From: Candidatus Saccharimonadales bacterium
GTDB taxonomy: Bacteria > Patescibacteriota > Saccharimonadia > Saccharimonadales > DATKHC01
Direction of reading: 5' to 3'
Length of the DNA stretch: 64,000 bases
Assembly (NCBI GenBank): GCA_035510465.1
Contig: DATKHC010000008.1
Coordinates: 1,315-65,314 of the forward strand
Shown: in pieces, positions 6,771 through 16,238 of the stretch
How positions within the stretch are numbered: the first letter of the stretch is position 1
How the letters are laid out: the number at the start of each line of letters is the position of its first letter
The notes under the pieces: model-generated
Told to the model about the DNA's origin: nothing
Seen by the model: the letters and a program-made list of their open reading frames with translations, nothing else
Database searches by the model: none
Translations under genes and position numbers: made by a program

Positions 6771-9271
6771 AGTTAAGCGTTAATTTAATCAAAAAGTTTG
6801 CGGACATCAATTTATCAACTAGTGCTCTGGTTGACGCGATTGGAATGCAAATTGGCGCGGTTGAATCTGTTGAAGAATTATCTGATAGATATAGGGGCGC
6901 ATCCATCGTTAAAGTTATTGAGTGTAAACCCCATCCTAATGCTGATCGCTTGAAAGTCTGCTTAGTTGATGACGGTGGTAAAAATAAGGAGGTCAAAAGA
7001 GTAGAAGGTGGCTACATCCAAGTAGTCTGCGGCGCGCCAAATGTTAAGGCTGGGCTAATGGTAGTTTGGCTGCCACCTGGATCCATTGTCCCGATCACTT
7101 TCGACAAAGAGCCACAAAAATTATCAGCGCTCGAGATTAGAGGAGTGGCCAGTAATGGGATGCTGGCTAGTGCCAAAGAGCTTGGCATCAGTGATGATCA
7201 CAGAGGTATTTTAGTAGTAGACCTACCATCTAGACCAGGCCAGAGCTTTGAAGTTCTATATGAACTTAATGACACAATTATCGAGATAGAAAATAAGATG
7301 TTAACCCATCGACCTGACCTTTTTGGTCATTTAGGTCTAGCCAGAGAAATAGCTGGCATTACACACCAATCCTTTACCTCCCCTAATTGGTACCTAAATC
7401 TGCTAAAGGCTCTAGAGGCCAGCTCGTTTTCTAAACTTGAAGTTAAAAATGAGCTGCCAAAGCTAGTACCACGGTTTATGGCTCAGGTTATCTCAGGTGT
7501 GAGCGTAGGGCCCTCAGATCTAAAACTACAAACTTATTTAACGAGGTTAGGGCTAAAACCAATTAATAACGTGGTTGATCAGACTAACTACGCCATGATC
7601 TTAACCGGCCAGCCTTTCCACGCCTATGACTACGACAAGTTGTCCAAGCTTGATAAAACCCCCTCCCAGGCTACACTAGTGGTTCGTCACCCTAAAAAAG
7701 GCGAGACACTGAATCTAATAAATGGTAAACAAGTAAGTCCAACAAGCAACACAATTGGCATAGCTTCAAAAACCAAGCTGATTGGATTGGGCGGAGTAAT
7801 GGGAGGTAGCGAAACTGAGATAAGCGACAGCACAAGGAACATTATTTTAGAGTGCGCCGTTTTTGATATGAATGTTATCCGTCGGACGGCTATGTCACTC
7901 GGCGTTTTCTCTGACGCTGTAACTCGCTTTACTAAAGGAATCCCACCAGCGCAAACCGACAATGTTCTCGCCAATGCTACGCAGTCTTTGGTTGGCGCAG
8001 CCGGTGGCGAAGCCCAGTCTCCGGTAGATGTACATGAAAAATTAAAACCTAACCCAAAAATTGAAGTTAAGGCAGATTTTATCAACAATCGTCTGGGCAG
8101 CAGCTTGAGTAGCCAAACTATGATTGAACTACTGGGAGATGTTGAATTCAACGTAGCCCAAACCAATGGCTTGATTCGAGTTCAAGCACCTTTCTGGAGA
8201 ACGGACATTGAAATACCGGAAGACATTGTTGAGGAAATAGGCAGGTTATATGGCTACCAGAACTTGTCTATAGATTTGCCCAAAAGGGTTATAGAACCGG
8301 CTGTGTCCGAGCTTATGTTTGAGACCAAAAAGAAAATTAGAGACGTGTTATCGGGCGCAGGTGCCAACGAACTGTTAACCTACAGTTTTGTTCACGGCAA
8401 TTTACTAAGTGCAGTTGGGCAAGACCAGTCAAAGGCTTACCAAATTCAGAATGCTATAAGCCCCGAGCTGCAATTTTACCGATTAAGTTTGCTGCCAAGT
8501 TTGCTTGAAAAGATTCATCCCAATATTAAGACTGGCCACGATGAATTTGTGGTTTTTGAGATGAATCCTGTCCATCAAAAAAAACTAATGGACAGTAAGG
8601 AGCCAAACTTACCAGAAGAGAGTCAACGGCTAGCACTAGTTTTTGCGGCTGATGACAAACTGTCAGGTAAGACACTTTTTGGAGCGCCTTACTACCAGGC
8701 CTTAAATTATCTGAACTACATTTTTGATTATTTGGGCGTTCCTTTTGAGCTGAAGCCACTAGAATTATCGGTTAGCGGTGATTCTGAACTGTCGCGACTG
8801 TTTGAAATAGGTAGGAGTGCAAATATCTGGTCGGGTAAAACCAACTTAGGTATAGTTGGCGAGCCTAAACAATCAATTAGACAGAAACTTAAACTACCGA
8901 AGTACACATCAATGTTTGAACTCTACCTCGATGCCTTAAACGGCTTAACGAGCGGGAATGTTTACCATAAACTATCGCAATTTCCTTCAATTGAAAGGGA
9001 TATGACTTTTCGGGTTGAGGCTGGTCTAATCTATTCAGACTTGAGGGCCCTACTGGTTAGTGAACTTGATGGAGTATTGGGGACGGAGACGCTATATAAG
9101 ATCGACTGCATAGATATATACCAAGACCAGCAAAACAAAAAATTCAAGAGCTTCACCTTCCGCCTGAAACTAAATTCTTATAAAAAAACATTGTCTTCTG
9201 ATGAAGCAAACGAAGTAGTATTGAAACTAGCAGGTAGCGCAAAGAAGAAACTCAAAGCGGAGCTGAATTAA
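6767..9271 (+). CDS. pheT: phenylalanine--tRNA ligase beta subunit
   Basis: 834 aa with an N-terminal tRNA-binding domain (HPNADRLKVC), B3/4 and B5 regions and a C-terminal anticodon-binding-like domain. Translationally coupled to pheS. Confidence 0.95.
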   Translation: MKLSVNLIKKFADINLSTSALVDAIGMQIGAVESVEELSDRYRGASIVKVIECKPHPNADRLKVCLVDDGGKNKEVKRVEGGYIQVVCGAPNVKAGLMVVWLPPGSIVPITFDKEPQKLSALEIRGVASNGMLASAKELGISDDHRGILVVDLPSRPGQSFEVLYELNDTIIEIENKMLTHRPDLFGHLGLAREIAGITHQSFTSPNWYLNLLKALEASSFSKLEVKNELPKLVPRFMAQVISGVSVGPSDLKLQTYLTRLGLKPINNVVDQTNYAMILTGQPFHAYDYDKLSKLDKTPSQATLVVRHPKKGETLNLINGKQVSPTSNTIGIASKTKLIGLGGVMGGSETEISDSTRNIILECAVFDMNVIRRTAMSLGVFSDAVTRFTKGIPPAQTDNVLANATQSLVGAAGGEAQSPVDVHEKLKPNPKIEVKADFINNRLGSSLSSQTMIELLGDVEFNVAQTNGLIRVQAPFWRTDIEIPEDIVEEIGRLYGYQNLSIDLPKRVIEPAVSELMFETKKKIRDVLSGAGANELLTYSFVHGNLLSAVGQDQSKAYQIQNAISPELQFYRLSLLPSLLEKIHPNIKTGHDEFVVFEMNPVHQKKLMDSKEPNLPEESQRLALVFAADDKLSGKTLFGAPYYQALNYLNYIFDYLGVPFELKPLELSVSGDSELSRLFEIGRSANIWSGKTNLGIVGEPKQSIRQKLKLPKYTSMFELYLDALNGLTSGNVYHKLSQFPSIERDMTFRVEAGLIYSDLRALLVSELDGVLGTETLYKIDCIDIYQDQQNKKFKSFTFRLKLNSYKKTLSSDEANEVVLKLAGSAKKKLKAELN

Positions 9272-9325
9272 AACCCCAAAAGAATTGGCTATTTTGCCAC
9301 ACGGTCCCTTATAATGTCTTAACAA

Positions 9326-9889
9326 ATGTCGACGACGAAGATTTCACACAGAGTTTTTACACTTTCAATGGCAGTTCTGTTTCTAGGAACCGCAGTAGCT
9401 ACTAGTGCAGTCGTGATCTGGCAGGCAGTTTCCAATAGCAAGACCACCCCTTCTAGCAGCAGCTCTAGTTCCTCGAAACCAGCGACTCCGGCTTCAAGTT
9501 CCGGCACAAAAACCAAGCTCGCCGGGACACAGCTTGCCGGTTTTACCCCAGTGTCTAATGTTTCTCAACTACAGATCGATGATACGAAAGCGGGAACCGG
9601 AGCTGTAGTTAAGGCTGGAGCTACTTTGGAGGTACTCTACACAGGGGCAGTTGCTTCAACCGGTACTATTTTCCAGGCTAGTTCAGATAGTGGGCCTAGT
9701 CCGATCAGCGTCTCGCTTAACTCGGTAATTACGGGTTGGCAGAAGGGTATCCCTGGTATGAGGGTCGGTGGAACAAGAAGGCTGCTCATACCTGCCAACG
9801 AGGCATATGGGGCCACTCCCCCTTCTGGCTCTGAGATTCCGGCCAACGCACCCCTGGTATTTGATGTCACTGTCGTGGCCCAACAGTAG
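9326..9889 (+). CDS. membrane-tethered FKBP-type peptidyl-prolyl cis-trans isomerase
   Basis: N-terminal TM segment, poly-Ser linker, then an FKBP core (VLYTG...GWQKGIPGMRVGGTRRLLIPANEAYG). Confidence 0.85.
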   Translation: MSTTKISHRVFTLSMAVLFLGTAVATSAVVIWQAVSNSKTTPSSSSSSSSKPATPASSSGTKTKLAGTQLAGFTPVSNVSQLQIDDTKAGTGAVVKAGATLEVLYTGAVASTGTIFQASSDSGPSPISVSLNSVITGWQKGIPGMRVGGTRRLLIPANEAYGATPPSGSEIPANAPLVFDVTVVAQQ

Positions 9890-10007
9890 TAAAAACCAGC
9901 AAAAACCACAACATCTAGTGGTATTGCAAAACGTTAAGACACCACATATACTTAAAACACTAGTTTTTTAAAAAAAGAAATAAAATATCAATAAAAGGAG
10001 CCACCAA

Positions 10008-10256
10008 ATGGTCAAAAACATTACTATATTTACTACTAACACTTGCGCTTACTGCGTTATGGTCAAGAAGTTTCTGAGAGTCAAAGGGGTTTCATATGAC
10101 GAAGTTAACCTAGACGAAAAGCCCGAACTTCAGAGCCAAGCATACGAGCTAAGCGGTCAGTTAGCAGTTCCCGTAACAGTTGTAACTAAACACGATGACA
10201 GCAGAGAAATAGTAGTTGGCTATAATTTGGCGAAACTAGCTCCAGCTTTGATCTAA
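10008..10256 (+). CDS. glutaredoxin-like protein (YruB/NrdH-like)
   Basis: 82 aa with a CAYC redox motif near the N-terminus and the VPV..G pattern of the thioredoxin fold. A strong SD (aaggag) lies upstream. Confidence 0.8.
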   Translation: MVKNITIFTTNTCAYCVMVKKFLRVKGVSYDEVNLDEKPELQSQAYELSGQLAVPVTVVTKHDDSREIVVGYNLAKLAPALI

Positions 10257-10284
10257 AACGTTTCCAACTGTTATTATTGAATAA

Positions 10285-11274
10285 ATGCAACAGCACGACC
10301 TTGTAATTATTGGCGCTGGGCCAGCGTCTCTATCAGCCGCTATCTATACCACTAGAGAGGATATAGACACTGTTTTATATGAAAAGGGAGCTATAGGCGG
10401 CCTAGCTGCTATAACGGACCTAATCGATAATTATCCAGGGTTCCCGAAGGGTGTGACAGGCCTTGATCTGTCTGAAGACATGAGACTTCATGCTGAACGC
10501 TTCGGAGCAGATATTCGCTTGGGTGAGGTTAGCGCCCTAAAAGACGAAGGTGCACTTAAGCGACTGACAACTACCGACGGGGATATTCTAGCCAAAACAG
10601 TTCTAATTGCCACAGGCAGTGATTACAAAAGAGTTGGTGTACCGGGCGAACAAGATTATTACGCCCGTGGTGTCCACTACTGTGCTACCTGCGACGGGGC
10701 CTTTTATAGAGATAAGAAGCTAGTTGTGGTAGGCGGAGGCAACTCGGCTACTCAAGAATCACTCTTCCTGACTCGTTTTGCGAGTTCTATCGATATGTTA
10801 GTCAGGGGTGACCATCTTAAAGCTTCTGAGGTGTTGGTTAAAGAGGTTCAAGACAACCCAAAAATAAAAATTCACTTCAATACCACGACTGATGAAATTG
10901 TTGGTGAGAATTCAAAAGTTACGAAAGCTATTGGCACAGATAAAATAACTGGTAAGAAAGTTGAGTTTCCAACAGACGGGGTATTTGTATTTGTTGGCCT
11001 GAAACCCAACACTGAATTTTTGGTTGGCTCTGGAGTTGAGCTTAATGAAGTTGGAATGGTCAAGTCTAATGATGAGCTTGAGACCAACATAGCTGGTGTA
11101 TTTGTGGCAGGTGACGTTAGGGAAGATGCAACAATGCAGATAGCCAGTGCTGTCGGTGAAGGTGCTAAAGCTGCCATGAAAATTCGAGAATTTCTAGAAG
11201 AGCACAAGCGCCAGTATCCGGAACTGAAACAGAAAACTTCGGCTGAAGTTAAAGCTACGGCCGGTCAAGCCTAA
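10285..11274 (+). CDS. trxB: thioredoxin-disulfide reductase
   Basis: GAGPAS FAD motif, CATCDG redox centre and GGGNSA NADPH motif. Confidence 0.9.
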   Translation: MQQHDLVIIGAGPASLSAAIYTTREDIDTVLYEKGAIGGLAAITDLIDNYPGFPKGVTGLDLSEDMRLHAERFGADIRLGEVSALKDEGALKRLTTTDGDILAKTVLIATGSDYKRVGVPGEQDYYARGVHYCATCDGAFYRDKKLVVVGGGNSATQESLFLTRFASSIDMLVRGDHLKASEVLVKEVQDNPKIKIHFNTTTDEIVGENSKVTKAIGTDKITGKKVEFPTDGVFVFVGLKPNTEFLVGSGVELNEVGMVKSNDELETNIAGVFVAGDVREDATMQIASAVGEGAKAAMKIREFLEEHKRQYPELKQKTSAEVKATAGQA

Positions 11275-11972
11275 TAATTCGTATAACCAGGGAAGTAGTC
11301 GGTTAATAGATTGTCTCTGTCTATGAGTTTGCCGAGACCACTGTATAAACTCTCTATCATCGGCTCGGGACCTGATAAGTAAATCAAGCCGTTCTTGCTG
11401 TCCTTTCCTGCCAAAGCCACTATTCGCTCAGGTGTAATTAAGCCTGTCTCACCTCTCCAGTCAGGTAGGGGCTTGCTAACCATTGGCATAAAATCAATAG
11501 CTGCCTTTTTAAACATTGAGTCGAATACTAGGTCATTTGCTTGGCTAACTACCCAAATAAGCTTAATAGAACGTTTTTCGCGGGTGCCAGATAGCCATTT
11601 AATCACGCTGTGAATCGGTGTTATACCTATGCCGCCAGCCACGAATACGAGCGGGCGTAATTTGTCTTTTGGCAAGACGAAATCTCCCATGGCCTGTGAG
11701 ATCGTGAAAGAGTCGCCTTTTTTTAAAGTTAGAAGTTTGGTCTTAAAGGTGCTTGATGGTTTAGAGAATCTTGTAGTGATGCTCAGCAGTGGATCTGTCG
11801 GCGAGGAAGAAAGGCTGAACCAATGTTTTTCTCCTCTGTCGTCAGACTTATTGTGAGGGAGGTAAATTTCGATATATTGGCCCGCTATGAAAGGAAGTTT
11901 TTGCTCGGGTTCGAACCAGAATGTCTTTATTTGATCGTTAAGATCATTAATTTTTGCTAGTTTGGCCTTCAT
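11271..11972 (-). CDS. FNR-like FAD/NAD(P)-binding oxidoreductase
   Basis: Ferredoxin-reductase-type pattern (KHWFSLSS as an RxYS-like FAD site, GGIGITP NAD(P) site). Its stop codon overlaps the trxB stop. Confidence 0.65.
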   Translation of the reverse strand: MKAKLAKINDLNDQIKTFWFEPEQKLPFIAGQYIEIYLPHNKSDDRGEKHWFSLSSSPTDPLLSITTRFSKPSSTFKTKLLTLKKGDSFTISQAMGDFVLPKDKLRPLVFVAGGIGITPIHSVIKWLSGTREKRSIKLIWVVSQANDLVFDSMFKKAAIDFMPMVSKPLPDWRGETGLITPERIVALAGKDSKNGLIYLSGPEPMIESLYSGLGKLIDRDNLLTDYFPGYTNY

Positions 11973-11979
11973 CTTTACC

Positions 11980-12666
11980 TTAACTGCTGAGAGTTTTAAC
12001 CAATTTTAAAAGTTTGTGGGGGGCGTTAGTTGTTATCTCTACTTCAGGGAAGAAATAACTGATTAGTCCAGCTAGCCACCTTGAATTAATGCCGAAAGCT
12101 ATAACCTTCAACCCTTTTTTGCGTGCAACGGTGTAAGTAAATGGCAAGAAAACAAAGTACACATCTATACCATTAAAACCATTTTTCCTAGCATTTTTGA
12201 GCGTTGATCTTAGATTAAAAGTAGCAAGTCCGTAAGTCTGAACGTCCGGGCAAAGTTTATGAAAACTAAGTAGCTCATCATGATCAAAAGACAAAACTTC
12301 AAATCTAGCTCTCTCTGCTTGTCTACGTAGGGTATTAGCCAGAGGTCTAGCCCAGCCCTTGGCCTTACCTTCTATTAGCAGCGTTGTGTCTCCGGCTGCT
12401 TGGATAACTTCGGATAGACTGGGGATGTAGCTGCCGCTGCTGAGCTTGATTTTTTGCAGCTCAGACATAGTCCTGAGCGAAATCTTATCTGTTTTGTCGG
12501 CTAGACGTTTTAGAGTCGCATCATGAAAAACAGCTAATTTGCTGTCTTTAGTTAAGCGAACATCGACCTCGATACCATCAACTCTAAGGCCTCTGGCTAC
12601 CTTTATGCTCTCTAGGCTGTTCTCTGGGGCTAACCCCATTGCTCCTCGGTGACTAATTATTCTCAT
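11980..12666 (-). CDS. glycerophosphodiester phosphodiesterase family protein
   Basis: N-terminal HRG...PENS motif (ISHRGAMGLAPENSLES) and EVDVRLTKD. Confidence 0.85.
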   Translation of the reverse strand: MRIISHRGAMGLAPENSLESIKVARGLRVDGIEVDVRLTKDSKLAVFHDATLKRLADKTDKISLRTMSELQKIKLSSGSYIPSLSEVIQAAGDTTLLIEGKAKGWARPLANTLRRQAERARFEVLSFDHDELLSFHKLCPDVQTYGLATFNLRSTLKNARKNGFNGIDVYFVFLPFTYTVARKKGLKVIAFGINSRWLAGLISYFFPEVEITTNAPHKLLKLVKTLSS

Positions 12667-12729
12667 AAGTGTGAATACTTCATAGTGTACAATATTTGTG
12701 AACCCCTAATCAGTTAATCAGGAGAAAAA

Positions 12730-13254
12730 ATGTTAGATTACGACACAGCTTACGATTATGGCGAAGAAGGCAATTTTATCTATACGGTCTGCGAGATCCC
12801 AAAGAATTCGACCCTGAAAGTAGAGTTTGATCGAGATAAAAAGACTTTTGTTCTCGATAGAGTTGAACCAGGTATTTTTGCGAAACCAGTTAATTACGGC
12901 TTTATACCCAAGACGACTGATGAAGACGGAGATGCACTCGATTCGTTAATAATTACCGACGAGCCCCTACCAACAGGTTTAGTGGTAAAAGCAAAAGTAG
13001 TTGCTCTCCTTGATTTTACGGATGGTGGCGACGCCGATCACAAAATTGTCTGTGTGCCAGAAGACGACAGAAACGCAGGTCCCGTTGTAAATAACCTTTC
13101 CGATCTACCTGATACATGGAAAAAACAGGTAGAACACCACTTCAATCACTACAAAGACTTAAAACAACCAGGCACGACTAAGGTTAATGGCTGGGGTGAC
13201 GCTGACGATGCCTGGGCAGTAATTAAAGACTGTTCTAAGCGTTATAGAGGCTGA
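12730..13254 (+). CDS. ppa: inorganic pyrophosphatase (family I)
   Basis: DEDGDALD and DHKIV motifs, 174 aa. A strong SD (aggag) lies upstream. Confidence 0.9.
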   Translation: MLDYDTAYDYGEEGNFIYTVCEIPKNSTLKVEFDRDKKTFVLDRVEPGIFAKPVNYGFIPKTTDEDGDALDSLIITDEPLPTGLVVKAKVVALLDFTDGGDADHKIVCVPEDDRNAGPVVNNLSDLPDTWKKQVEHHFNHYKDLKQPGTTKVNGWGDADDAWAVIKDCSKRYRG

Positions 13255-13277
13255 AGTTCACAAAGCATAACTCCACC

Positions 13278-13306
13278 TTGACACAATAAGCAAAAACGTT
13301 TACAGT
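13278..13306 (+). promoter_or_regulatory. sigma70-type promoter TTGACA-17-TACAGT
   Basis: A consensus -35 with 17-nt spacing, about 100 nt upstream of ORF 13408. Confidence 0.5.
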
Positions 13307-13407
13307 TATATTTACACAAAAACTTTTTTAATAGCCGGGCACCCCACGATTTATTAAAGAAGCTTTTTTTATTTCAAGAGTAGAAAAATCAACCCAAGGT
13401 TTAATTA

Positions 13408-13788
13408 ATGGAACGATCACCACATTTAGAGGACTCACAAGAAACAGCACCAACTGATTCAGAAGCCGTTTTGACACCTGCGCAGGTTGCTGAGCAGCTA
13501 CAGATGATACTTACTTCTCGGGCTTCACATGAGGCACATAGAATCTTAGATAAGGACGCAGTACCGGATACAAATGATGGGACGTTGCTCATAATGGCTA
13601 GAGATATGTTTGAGTCAGGTGAACTTGACCGGGATGAGGTTCTCGGAACCGAAGAAGCCAAAGAACTGTATGATCGAACCCTTCAGAGCCACATTGATGC
13701 TATTGAAGAACGACACGACCTTGATGTTCCCGTACTTGAGCCTTCTTCTATGTCTCATCTGGATAATAGGCTTAACCCAGGCTCTTAA
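13408..13788 (+). CDS. hypothetical acidic protein
   Basis: 126-aa ORF with a promoter upstream and a weak hairpin plus T-run downstream. No motif recognised. Confidence 0.45.
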   Translation: MERSPHLEDSQETAPTDSEAVLTPAQVAEQLQMILTSRASHEAHRILDKDAVPDTNDGTLLIMARDMFESGELDRDEVLGTEEAKELYDRTLQSHIDAIEERHDLDVPVLEPSSMSHLDNRLNPGS

Positions 13789-13812
13789 AACTAACTTTCA
13801 AATCTGAAGCCC

Positions 13813-13841
13813 TTGATAAGACGCTCTAGCTTATCTACAAT
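13813..13841 (+). promoter_or_regulatory. sigma70-type promoter TTGATA-17-TACAAT for gap
   Basis: Hexamers at 13813-13818 and 13836-13841, about 48 nt upstream of the gap ATG. Confidence 0.5.
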
Positions 13842-13859
13842 TAAGCTATAAGCTTTTTT
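13828..13859 (+). terminator. weak intrinsic-terminator-like hairpin (AGCTTAT/ATAAGCT) plus T5
   Basis: 7-bp AT-rich stem, 13-nt loop, then ttttt. It overlaps the gap promoter, so only one of the two roles may be real. Confidence 0.3.
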
Positions 13860-13888
13860 AGAAAAATAAACTGTTTAGGGGTATCTTC

Positions 13889-15145
13889 ATGACAACTAGG
13901 GTAGCAATTAACGGATTCGGCAGGATTGGCAGAAACGCTTTTAAGGTTGCGTTTGAAAGGCAAGACTTAGAAATAGTTGCAATTAATGACTTAACAGACA
14001 CGAAAACACTAGCATATCTACTTAAGCACGACTCAAACTACGGCACCTATGACCACGAAGTAGGTTATGACGAAACTGGCCTAACCGTCGACGGCAAACA
14101 CGTCCTAGTTACGGCAGAGAAAGAGCCGACTGCGCTCCCCTGGAAAGATAACAACATAGATGTAGTTATCGAATCGACTGGGTTTTTTGTTGATCCGGAT
14201 AAAGCCAAGGCTCACATCACAGCTGGCGCAAAAAAAGTAGTTATTAGTGCTCCATCAAAAGGCGATAACGCCGACTCTGCGCAAACAATAGTTTTAGGTG
14301 TTAACGACGATAAATTAGAAGGGGCAGGCGAGATAGTCAGTAACGCCTCCTGTACGACGAATGCCATCGCTCCAGTAGCTGGAGTAATTGAAAACGCATT
14401 CGGTATCGAAAAACTAATGATGACCACCATCCACAGCTACACAGCGAGCCAGAAGCTGCAGGATGCTCCTGGCGGAAAAGCTCTACGTGATGGTCGTTCA
14501 GCGGCCGAGAATATCGTACCGACTACCACCGGAGCTAGCATAGCTGCGGCTAAGGCATTGCCTGCGCTCAAAGGTGTCTTTGGCGGTTTTGAGGTTCGCG
14601 TTCCTACCCCTGTTGTAAGTCTTGCCGACTTCGTTATTATCACAAAAAGACCGGTGACAGTTGAGGAAGTTAACGAAGCATTCAAAAAAGCTGCTGCTGA
14701 GCCATATTATCAGGGTATTTTAACCGTAACTGAGGAAGAACTTGTTAGTAGTGATTTTATTGGTAATAGTCACTCGGCAATAGTCGACTTGAACCTAACG
14801 AATGTAATTGCTGACACCATGCTAAAAGTAGTAGCTTGGTATGACAATGAATGGGGTTATTCCAATCGACTTGTTGAAGTGGTGGCAGATATCGGTAAAT
14901 TTCTAAATAAGGGTTCGGACAGCCCAGCTCAACCAGCAGTCCAGCCTGAAACAAAGAGTATTGTGGTTACCGACGACGGAAATAGTAATCAACCCCTCCC
15001 CACGCCAAGCGCGGAAGCCACGCTTCCCGCGCCAACCCCTCCTGAACCAATTATTGAGCCACAAATAGGCACTAACCCAGAGGAGCATAGCAACTCAGCC
15101 GAGACAACCCCAGATCACAACGTGGCTGATGCACCATCGGCATGA
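13889..15145 (+). CDS. gap: glyceraldehyde-3-phosphate dehydrogenase with a ~77-aa Pro/Thr/Glu-rich C-terminal extension
   Basis: NGFGRIGR, SNASCTTN and WYDNEWGYS motifs. The core ends near aa 341 and the frame continues to 418 aa. Confidence 0.95.
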   Translation: MTTRVAINGFGRIGRNAFKVAFERQDLEIVAINDLTDTKTLAYLLKHDSNYGTYDHEVGYDETGLTVDGKHVLVTAEKEPTALPWKDNNIDVVIESTGFFVDPDKAKAHITAGAKKVVISAPSKGDNADSAQTIVLGVNDDKLEGAGEIVSNASCTTNAIAPVAGVIENAFGIEKLMMTTIHSYTASQKLQDAPGGKALRDGRSAAENIVPTTTGASIAAAKALPALKGVFGGFEVRVPTPVVSLADFVIITKRPVTVEEVNEAFKKAAAEPYYQGILTVTEEELVSSDFIGNSHSAIVDLNLTNVIADTMLKVVAWYDNEWGYSNRLVEVVADIGKFLNKGSDSPAQPAVQPETKSIVVTDDGNSNQPLPTPSAEATLPAPTPPEPIIEPQIGTNPEEHSNSAETTPDHNVADAPSA

Positions 15146-15588
15146 AGGTTTATGTTGGTACCGATCACCATGGCTACCACCTGAAAGAGAAATTACTGGC
15201 ACATCTGGCTAAGCACGGTTACCAAGTGGTTGATGAAGGTGATAAAAAACTTGACCCAAACGATGATTTTCCAGTTTTTGCGAGCAGAGTTGTTAACCAG
15301 ATATTAGCTAGCGATGACGCTGATCCCAGAGGTATCTTGCTCTGTGGCAGCGGTCAGGGGATGTGCATGGCTGCCAATCGCTACCAGGGAATTAGAGCTA
15401 GCCTAGGTTGGAGCAAAGATGCTATTAGAGCCTCCAGAAACGATGATAATGCCAACGTTCTTTGTCTGCCGGTTGATGAGCTGGGCGAAGAGAAGACCAT
15501 GTCGCTTGTTGATACTTTTCTAACTACTGAATTTTCAGGTGCGCCACGTTATATCAGACGTCTTAATGAAATAGATAACCTCACCTAA
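15142..15588 (+). CDS. rpiB: ribose-5-phosphate isomerase B
   Basis: RpiB/LacAB pattern (GILLCGSGQGMCMAANRYQGIRA), 148 aa. ATGA overlap with gap. Confidence 0.9.
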   Translation: MKVYVGTDHHGYHLKEKLLAHLAKHGYQVVDEGDKKLDPNDDFPVFASRVVNQILASDDADPRGILLCGSGQGMCMAANRYQGIRASLGWSKDAIRASRNDDNANVLCLPVDELGEEKTMSLVDTFLTTEFSGAPRYIRRLNEIDNLT

Positions 15589-15599
15589 AAAGGCACTGC

Positions 15600-16238
15600 A
15601 TGGCTGTTATTTGTCCTTCGATTACGGCGATGAACGAACATCTTTACCGTACGCAGATGGAACGGATAGAGAATGTCGCCAAACGAATACACATAGACTT
15701 ATCAGACGAGAGGTTTGCGCCTTCTAGATTAGTCGATATTAAAAAAATTTGGTGGCCAGATCACCTTAGAGCAGATTTGCACCTAATGTGCAGTGAACCA
15801 GAAAATTATTTAGACGAAGCTATTCGACTTAAACCGAAACTGGTTATTGTTCATGCAGAAGCTGATGGTAACCATATGCGTATGGCTCAGGAATTACACT
15901 CAGCTGGGATTAAATTTGGCGTAGCACTACTTCCGATAACCCCACCCGACTTTATAAGTCAAATGTATAGGGAAATTGATCATGTATTGGTATTTGCTGG
16001 TCATCTTGGCTATTTTGGTGGGGTAGCTGATATGTCACAGCTCCGGAAGGTTAGAAGTATCAGAGAGGTCGAGCCAGACATCGAAATCGGATGGGACGGG
16101 GGTATTAATGACAAAAATATTGAAGAGATGGCAAATGCTGGTGTAGATGTTTTTAACGTAGGTGGGTTTATCCAACACTCTAAAGAACCTGCTCAAGCTT
16201 ATGCTAAACTTAGTCAGAAAGTTGGGGCGGGACTATGA
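15600..16238 (+). CDS. ribulose-phosphate 3-epimerase-like protein (divergent)
   Basis: The TIM-barrel RPE landmarks are retained (PSI.., HIDLSD for HxDxMD, DLHLM, WDGGI), but the rest is divergent. The pentose-phosphate context supports the call. Confidence 0.65.
   Translation: MAVICPSITAMNEHLYRTQMERIENVAKRIHIDLSDERFAPSRLVDIKKIWWPDHLRADLHLMCSEPENYLDEAIRLKPKLVIVHAEADGNHMRMAQELHSAGIKFGVALLPITPPDFISQMYREIDHVLVFAGHLGYFGGVADMSQLRKVRSIREVEPDIEIGWDGGINDKNIEEMANAGVDVFNVGGFIQHSKEPAQAYAKLSQKVGAGL

Noticed and set aside
7687-8166. 159-aa reverse-strand ORF inside pheT. Similar antisense ORFs occur at 5741-5980, 6247-6429, 6572-6996 and 8526-8759.
   Set aside because: They lie entirely antisense to strongly supported pheS/pheT coding sequence and have low-complexity Ser/Pro/Leu-rich translations. 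They have no start context and are typical shadow ORFs.
9890-10007. Possible terminator hairpin (CTAGTG...CACTAG followed by TTTTTT) after the FKBP gene.
   Set aside because: The stem is 6 bp with a ~37-nt loop and an imperfect internal helix, so it is not convincing as an intrinsic terminator.
10872-11207. 111-aa reverse-strand ORF inside trxB. Comparable shadows lie within dnaE-neighbouring genes, gatB (31766-32119), malic enzyme (42474-42809), nusA (47648-47995), clpC (49045-49329) and the transposase (20405-20758).
   Set aside because: They are antisense to genes with clear catalytic motifs, and their translations are compositionally biased with no motifs.
13401-13661. 86-aa reverse ORF overlapping hypothetical ORF 13408-13788.
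   Set aside because: Neither frame has a recognised domain. The + strand ORF was preferred because a TTGACA-17-TACAGT promoter precedes it and a hairpin plus T-run follows it. This choice remains uncertain.
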